In this document: in pieces, positions 58,709-64,000 of the stretch
Layout: each line of letters starts with the position of its first letter
Position numbering within the stretch: position 1 is the stretch's first letter
Virus record (IMG/VR): IMGVR_UViG_3300024346_000003
Reading direction: 5' to 3' (one strand)
DNA from: a virus
Lineage: Duplodnaviria > Caudoviricetes
Length of the DNA: 64,000 nucleotides
Program-made: the position numbers and the translations under genes
The notes under the pieces: model-generated
The model's database searches: none
Told to the model about the DNA's origin: nothing
The model's input: only the letters and a program-made list of their open reading frames with translations

Positions 58709-59596
58709 TTATGCCATTACCAAGCCTAACTTGTCAAGGGCAAACTGTAACCCTTGTTCGTTAGTTCGGTAGTTAGTACCCGTCATCATGCTTTCCTCAC
58801 GTCCATTCTCTCTACGTGGTGCTGACTTTTCGTGTGTAGTCCATGAAGTAACCCCACTAAACAAACCAAACAAGTTGTCACCCTTCTGATTTGTCTCCTT
58901 CTTAATGTGACCATACAACGTCTCCATTGCATTCAAAGAACGTGTTGACAATTCACTTTCCGTCTTGATAGACATAGTCTTGTCAAACCCTAAAATGTGA
59001 CGTACCATTTCGTCCGCCAAACCTTTTGTCAAAGGTGTTGATTGGAAATGCTTATACGTTTCAGTCAATTTAAGACTCTCTAACAACGCCATTTCAATAA
59101 GGTAAGGTATTTCCTTAATACGTTGTGTTAAACTCGCTGTATGGCGAAGTTTTGACTGTCCACTTTTGTAGAACTTAAAGAACTGATTAGAACATGACAT
59201 AACCAATTCACCAATACCAACTGATAAACCCGTAGAACCGTCATTACTGTCGATAATAGTAACATATCTTTTGATACGTTCGTCACCAACTTTTGACATT
59301 CCGTCAATTCCCAATTGAAGGAACACTTTACGTCCTCCATTCAAAGCACCCGCTTTTGTTACAGATAACTCACCAAACCCTTTAATACCGTTAAGTACTA
59401 ATTCCACAATCTCATCGTTTTGAGACACTGTATACCCTTCTTTAACAGAATTGATACACTCACCCGTCTTGTCATTGAACAAGCCGAAAAATGGCGTTTC
59501 TTTGCCCGTAGCAGAAAGCAATCTTTCTTTCTCAATACGGAAATCCAAGTTGTGCGCTACTAAGATTTCATTCACTTTGTTGTTTACTTCGCTCAT
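58709..59596 (-). CDS. DUF932 (TIGR03299-like) family protein
   Basis: YTVSQN...AGALNGGRKVFLQ...YVTIIDSNDGS...CSNQ...LFGLFSGVTSWTTH. Confidence 0.75.
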   Translation of the reverse strand: MSEVNNKVNEILVAHNLDFRIEKERLLSATGKETPFFGLFNDKTGECINSVKEGYTVSQNDEIVELVLNGIKGFGELSVTKAGALNGGRKVFLQLGIDGMSKVGDERIKRYVTIIDSNDGSTGLSVGIGELVMSCSNQFFKFYKSGQSKLRHTASLTQRIKEIPYLIEMALLESLKLTETYKHFQSTPLTKGLADEMVRHILGFDKTMSIKTESELSTRSLNAMETLYGHIKKETNQKGDNLFGLFSGVTSWTTHEKSAPRRENGREESMMTGTNYRTNEQGLQFALDKLGLVMA

Positions 59597-59781
59597 AATA
59601 AAAAGTTTTAAATGATTAACAGTACAAATATAATAATACTATTCCATATAAACAAATAAAAAACAATATATTTTTAATTTTTTTTTCATACCTTAATAAT
59701 TGCGCACGCATGTATACAAAATAAAAATGATATATCCTAATTTTTTTTGTTAAATTATCGCATATCGCAATACGCAATAAT

Positions 59782-59828
59782 GGCCTACCAAGGAGTCTAC
59801 TCTCTCACATGCTTGCGACATGCGACCC
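59782..59828 (-). ncRNA. dispersed structured small RNA, copy 7 (divergent)
   Basis: GGGTCGCATGTCGCAAGCATGTGAGAGAGTAGACTCCTTGGTAGGCC after TATATTTG. Confidence 0.6.
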
Positions 59829-59917
59829 GTCTTATTGACAATACAAATATAAAACAAAAAAACCACATATCCTAATAATACATGGTTTTTTTATTAACTA
59901 TTTTATTCGTATCTTTG

Positions 59918-60121
59918 TTACTCAGATTCATCATCGAATGCTGGGTCATATGGACATTCTATATCATCCTCAATTTCTTCTAGATGTTCTGTTAACTCAT
60001 GCTGAATCTTTTCAGCAAGTTTAATACCCGCTAATTCTAATATTTCGGTCTCACTTGCATTCTCATCGACAATCACTCTAGTCATTAAACTAACTGAAAC
60101 TAATTTTGCTACCTTACCCAT
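59918..60121 (-). CDS. hypothetical protein
   Basis: 67 aa ORF. Confidence 0.6.
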   Translation of the reverse strand: MGKVAKLVSVSLMTRVIVDENASETEILELAGIKLAEKIQHELTEHLEEIEDDIECPYDPAFDDESE

Positions 60122-60203
60122 AATAATATTGTTTTATATTGTTATCAATCACTCAGGCGCTCGCTCGCCCGCCCGTATACACGTTTGTGTACATAGTGGT
60201 ATG

Positions 60204-60521
60204 TTACCACTCAATCTTAACCTCAAAGTCAAATGGTAAAGGCTCTTCTGATATTAAATACCCTATACGATTTACTATGTGGTAACCACTAACGTAATAC
60301 ATATTTGGTGCATACTCTCCCTCATCATCATCTGATTCACCGTCACCCTCAATGATTGTTATCACTCTATTTTGCTTTACCATTTCAGTAACAAAGTTAA
60401 CTTCCTCACCATATGTTTCAAACATATTTCCGTCAAATGACGCATTGTCATCAATGTGGTTAGGGATAAGAGTTACCAACTCATCAAAGGTATCCTCAGT
60501 AATTTGCTTGATTGTTTCCAT
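60204..60521 (-). CDS. hypothetical cassette protein
   Basis: FETYGEE...SGYHIVNRIGYLI; own promoter. Confidence 0.7.
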   Translation of the reverse strand: METIKQITEDTFDELVTLIPNHIDDNASFDGNMFETYGEEVNFVTEMVKQNRVITIIEGDGESDDDEGEYAPNMYYVSGYHIVNRIGYLISEEPLPFDFEVKIEW

Positions 60522-60577
60522 AATGTTTTATTTAATTAGACAATACAAATATAAGTATAATATTTGATATATCCAAA

Positions 60578-60874
60578 TTAATGTTTAACAAATCTATCCT
60601 CACTAACATAGAATGAAAACATATTCATATACGTTCCCGAAATTGTATTGTGAACATATACCTCAATGTTGATTAATCTATCAGGCATTATTGCTTTCAA
60701 TGTGCGTGACAAACGTCTCAGATTGAATTCCATATTTTCAGTAAGCATTTCAACATTGTAAGATATGTTATCAATCTTATTGCCGTCCTCATTTAGAATC
60801 ATGGCTCCATTTGAATCTCGAACTTCAATGTTAATTTTATAGTTCCCAAATTTGGATTTAATATTGTATTTCAT
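60578..60874 (-). CDS. hypothetical cassette protein
   Basis: own promoter. Confidence 0.65.
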   Translation of the reverse strand: MKYNIKSKFGNYKINIEVRDSNGAMILNEDGNKIDNISYNVEMLTENMEFNLRRLSRTLKAIMPDRLINIEVYVHNTISGTYMNMFSFYVSEDRFVKH

Positions 60875-60921
60875 ATTATTATGTTTTAATTATTAGACAA
60901 TACAAAGATAAGAATAATATT

Positions 60922-61233
60922 TTAATATACCAAATAATCATTCATAATTTTTTCCTCAGCCATCGCTTCAATATAGCAATCGCTCATACCTTCTTTAGTA
61001 TTCTTTTCCCAATACCCATCACGCTTAACTTCTTCACTTGCGTTTAAGAAACCTTGGATAATATTATTAAAGAAAATTTCTAATGCAATAGTAGGTATTG
61101 ATTCATCAGCACTCTCAATATTGTCTTGTGGCATTTCTTGGTATGGTTGTGCAATTCTAACTCGTTCCCAAGTTCTTGCCACATGTATTAAGATGGTGTT
61201 AAACATCCATCTGTCTTTCTTTTTGATTTTCAT
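60922..61233 (-). CDS. hypothetical cassette protein
   Basis: own promoter; start reassigned to MKIK. Confidence 0.6.
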   Translation of the reverse strand: MKIKKKDRWMFNTILIHVARTWERVRIAQPYQEMPQDNIESADESIPTIALEIFFNNIIQGFLNASEEVKRDGYWEKNTKEGMSDCYIEAMAEEKIMNDYLVY

Positions 61234-61295
61234 AATATATGTTTTAATAATTAGACAATACAAATATACAAATATAAAATGATATATCCTAATTT

Positions 61296-61790
61296 TTATA
61301 AATAAGATTCACATTCAATAAATCTTCTGAATGCAATTAGAACATCAGCATTGTTCCAATCAATTGGGTCTGCTGTTTCACAAACATCCTCATAACAAAA
61401 TTGAAGAATGTCCTCATAGTTACTGGGTGTTTGAATTCCTATTCTATCAAACATATCAATAAGAATAGTATTAATCTCATCTTTCTTTTCAACAGTCCAA
61501 TTCATTATAACTCTTTCAAGATATTTTCCATGAACAATTATGTCACCCAATCCAACACTATCAGTTGGTAATACGGTAGCTAAACAATAGTCTAAGATTT
61601 CTTGTCTATAATACTTTGCAATGTTTTCTTCGGTGTCAACCAAACGATAAACAAACGTTCTTACTTCATCATCAGGAACATCATTCTCAAATGCGTGAAT
61701 AAATTTTGTATTCACATCGTAGAATATATCAAACGTATTATCGTTTAATGTATTATCTTTCAATTCAATTTGTTCAAGTATTAAATTCAT
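61296..61790 (-). CDS. hypothetical acidic cassette protein
   Basis: own promoter. Confidence 0.65.
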   Translation of the reverse strand: MNLILEQIELKDNTLNDNTFDIFYDVNTKFIHAFENDVPDDEVRTFVYRLVDTEENIAKYYRQEILDYCLATVLPTDSVGLGDIIVHGKYLERVIMNWTVEKKDEINTILIDMFDRIGIQTPSNYEDILQFCYEDVCETADPIDWNNADVLIAFRRFIECESYL

Positions 61791-62030
61791 AGCTTTATTA
61801 TTTTAATTAGACAATACAAATATAAGTCTTTTTATTTACATTTCCAAGCAATTTAATACTTTTTTAGCATATTTATTGCTATGAATAGTGAAAATCGTAA
61901 GAAATACATGAAAGATTTCGATAAACTTAAGAAAAAATACGACATTGAATCAAAACAACGTAGTCATGATAAGTTAATTAATGAAATCAAAAAAGATAAT
62001 GAAAATGGATGTGGATGCAAAGGATGAGGA

Positions 62031-62897
62031 TTACTCCCCAACCTTTACACTATCTAACCCTTCTAACAAATTATTAATGTCAATTTTATTGTAAGGAAAC
62101 TTAACTTTTGGTGTTGAAAATATAACATCAACTAAATGGTTTTGGTAACCTTGAAATTCTAAGATAATACCATTGTCAAGTGTAACTGTAAATATATTAT
62201 TCTCAAATGAATAGTTGTTAACATACTTACTAAACTTAATTTTGAAATGGTCTTCAATTCTTTTGTTTTTTAAAACTTCTAACCTTTTGTATTCTATTTG
62301 TGCAAATTCATTAGCAACAATTTCAATAATCTTTGTATGAACATTTCTTGGATTAGTCATTTGACCTTTCTTGGAATAAGAATCTATGTTTGTACCACGA
62401 ACTAACATTTTGTATCCAATAATTCTATTGTTCCATCTTGACATTGCGTATTGCTCAATTGGTTGAATATAATATTCATGACCTTCGGGTACTGTTCCCG
62501 TATAAACAATCTTAAAAGTATAACTGTACGTATCAATTTCAACAATCTCATTTGGTGTTAACCATTCACGTTCACCGTCAATATCTGAATATCTAATTTC
62601 AGAACCATGTTCATCAATATTGAATAACTCAATTTTAATAACTTCAACAATTTTATTACAATCGAATCTGAAATCATTTGATACATGAATCAATTTGTTA
62701 AATAGTGACTCATACAATTCTTTTTTCTCCTCAGAAACTTTTTCTCGGTTTATATATCGTTCTGCTTCAGCATGAACTTTATTCCCCTTGTAGTAATCGT
62801 AAGACTTAAGCAATTCATTGTGCTTTGCTTGTTCCTCTGCTCTTCTCTCTTCGATTAGTGCAATCTCTTCTGCTGATAATTTCATCGTTTGTGACAT
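62031..62897 (-). CDS. hypothetical cassette protein
   Basis: 288 aa; own promoter. Confidence 0.7.
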   Translation of the reverse strand: MSQTMKLSAEEIALIEERRAEEQAKHNELLKSYDYYKGNKVHAEAERYINREKVSEEKKELYESLFNKLIHVSNDFRFDCNKIVEVIKIELFNIDEHGSEIRYSDIDGEREWLTPNEIVEIDTYSYTFKIVYTGTVPEGHEYYIQPIEQYAMSRWNNRIIGYKMLVRGTNIDSYSKKGQMTNPRNVHTKIIEIVANEFAQIEYKRLEVLKNKRIEDHFKIKFSKYVNNYSFENNIFTVTLDNGIILEFQGYQNHLVDVIFSTPKVKFPYNKIDINNLLEGLDSVKVGE

Positions 62898-62973
62898 AAC
62901 TTATATTGTTTTAAAGTGACAATACAAAGATAAGGATAACTTTTCAATTATCCAAATCTTTTTACAATTATTT

Positions 62974-63318
62974 TTAAATTGAACCTAAACTATCTGACGG
63001 ATAAGATTTCTCATCAATGAACGTTGATAGACTATCAGAAATACCACCGTCTTGGTCGATATATTCTTGCTTGGCTGACAATCTGTAACCTTTAACCATT
63101 GCAATTGCAGTCTTTTTGCTTTGCTGATTTCTCGCATCGGTGTATTGTTTACTAGCCATTTGTTCAATGAACAAACAAGCCAATCTCATTTTTGACTGTT
63201 GCAATGTTGGATGGTCTTGAGCCATTAACTCAACCAATTCTTTAACCTCATTCGAACTTGCACCATTAACGAAATCGCTAATCTCTCTTGCTAACTCATC
63301 TGCTTTCAATCTAGACAT
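62974..63318 (-). CDS. hypothetical cassette protein
   Basis: HPTLQQ motif; own promoter. Confidence 0.7.
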   Translation of the reverse strand: MSRLKADELAREISDFVNGASSNEVKELVELMAQDHPTLQQSKMRLACLFIEQMASKQYTDARNQQSKKTAIAMVKGYRLSAKQEYIDQDGGISDSLSTFIDEKSYPSDSLGSI

Positions 63319-63379
63319 AATATAAAGTTTTAATTATTAGACAATACAAATATAAGAATACTATTTCATATATCCTAAT

Positions 63380-63655
63380 TTATTCGAATATTTCTTCAAT
63401 AAATTCCATTTCAACATCTAAATGGTTTTCACAAATTTCTTTTGCGTCCAAGTCAATAACCTTATCTTCCACATAAAAATATATAGTGCAATCAATATCA
63501 TTTTCTTCTGTATCAAATACCTCTTTATCGTCACCCAAAGCTTCATCTAAACTTTCTGTTGCAATCGTAAAGATTTGTTCATCATCAAATTCATCTGAGA
63601 TTACTTTAAATGTACGTGTTGGATATTCTACCCCTTTAAAATTAATAACATTCAT
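63380..63655 (-). CDS. hypothetical acidic cassette protein
   Basis: own promoter. Confidence 0.65.
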   Translation of the reverse strand: MNVINFKGVEYPTRTFKVISDEFDDEQIFTIATESLDEALGDDKEVFDTEENDIDCTIYFYVEDKVIDLDAKEICENHLDVEMEFIEEIFE

Positions 63656-63739
63656 AACTTATTTTTTTAATTAGACAATACAAAGGTAAAACAAATAAAC
63701 CACAACTCCAAATAAATTGTGGTTTATTTTTACTATTTT

Positions 63740-64000
63740 TTACACATTTTCCTCTAATTCTACAACAAATTGCTCAAAATCAGCAGGTTTCCCCTCAAAT
63801 AATAACTTTTTTCCTTTACTATATTTACCTTTGCTATTAATGTAACCATTCTCAAAACACTTCAAAGTTACCTCTTTTGTATCAAAGTCAACAATAACTT
63901 CGTACTCATATTCTTGTCCGCAATCCTTTGCAGTAATTGGCTCAATGTAAAACCCACCCGCACCGTATTTGAAATGTGCAATCATCTGCGCTGCTAAACA
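63740..64000 (-). CDS. hypothetical protein (5' end probably beyond window)
   Basis: frame appears open to window edge. Confidence 0.55.
   Translation of the reverse strand, partial: CLAAQMIAHFKYGAGGFYIEPITAKDCGQEYEYEVIVDFDTKEVTLKCFENGYINSKGKYSKGKKLLFEGKPADFEQFVVELEENV

Larger units (their letters stand above)
44080..63720 (-). promoter_or_regulatory. array of ~45 repeated Bacteroidota sigma promoters (TT(T/A)GG-N~19-TA(T/C)(A/C)TTTG-TATTGTC(T/A)A)
   Basis: plus strand shows recurring ttagacaatacaaa(t/g)ataag just upstream of nearly every minus-strand ORF or RNA; matches established Bacteroidota -33 TTG / -7 TAnnTTTG consensus; count is manual. Confidence 0.88.

Noticed and set aside
44959-59828. 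Hammerhead or HDV/theta ribozyme identity for the 7-copy RNA
   Set aside because: CTGA is not followed by the N-GA/GAAA hammerhead core, and the hairpin directly after GGG does not fit HDV topology; a novel ribozyme remains possible.
43862-61263. Shared N-terminal peptides (MYCLIK, YICIVxLK, MSNLK) on ORF-track proteins
   Set aside because: Artefact of ORFs extended through the repeated promoter DNA; the real starts are the downstream ATGs.
44080-63720. Integron cassette array
   Set aside because: No attC-like GTTRRRY/RYYYAAC sites or integrase seen; the repeats are explained as promoters.

Overview
This window is part of a very AT-rich T4-like jumbo myophage genome. The host is inferred to be a member of Bacteroidota, because dozens of TAnnTTTG (-7) / TT(T/A)GG (-33) host-sigma promoters are present. 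Bases 1-20.8 kb hold baseplate/structural genes and a minus-strand head module (terminase, portal, prohead protease, scaffold, gp23-like major capsid, downstream HNH). The module includes a candidate -1 frameshift that would fuse two head-region ORFs. Bases 20.9-43.6 kb are metabolic and accessory genes: acyl-CoA thioesterase, ThyA, KTSC, ClpC, GNAT, lytic transglycosylase, LRR protein, thioredoxin, a Prs + NDT-like + NAMPT NAD cluster, and two ADP-ribosyltransferase-like genes. Several proteins share a putative capsid-targeting peptide. A G-rich, A-tract-phased junction lies at about 43.7 kb. From there to the end is an array of about 45 (manual count) mostly single-gene or single-RNA cassettes, each with its own near-identical promoter. 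Embedded in the array are the most novel elements: a 7-copy dispersed, promoter-driven structured small RNA family (GGG-hairpin-AGAGTAGACTCC); a ~440-nt internally repeated ncRNA candidate; three tRNA-shaped RNAs with near-identical acceptor/T arms but aberrant anticodon domains; a mini-tRNA-like RNA; and two canonical tRNAs. All product calls come from motif recognition by eye; no database search was run.
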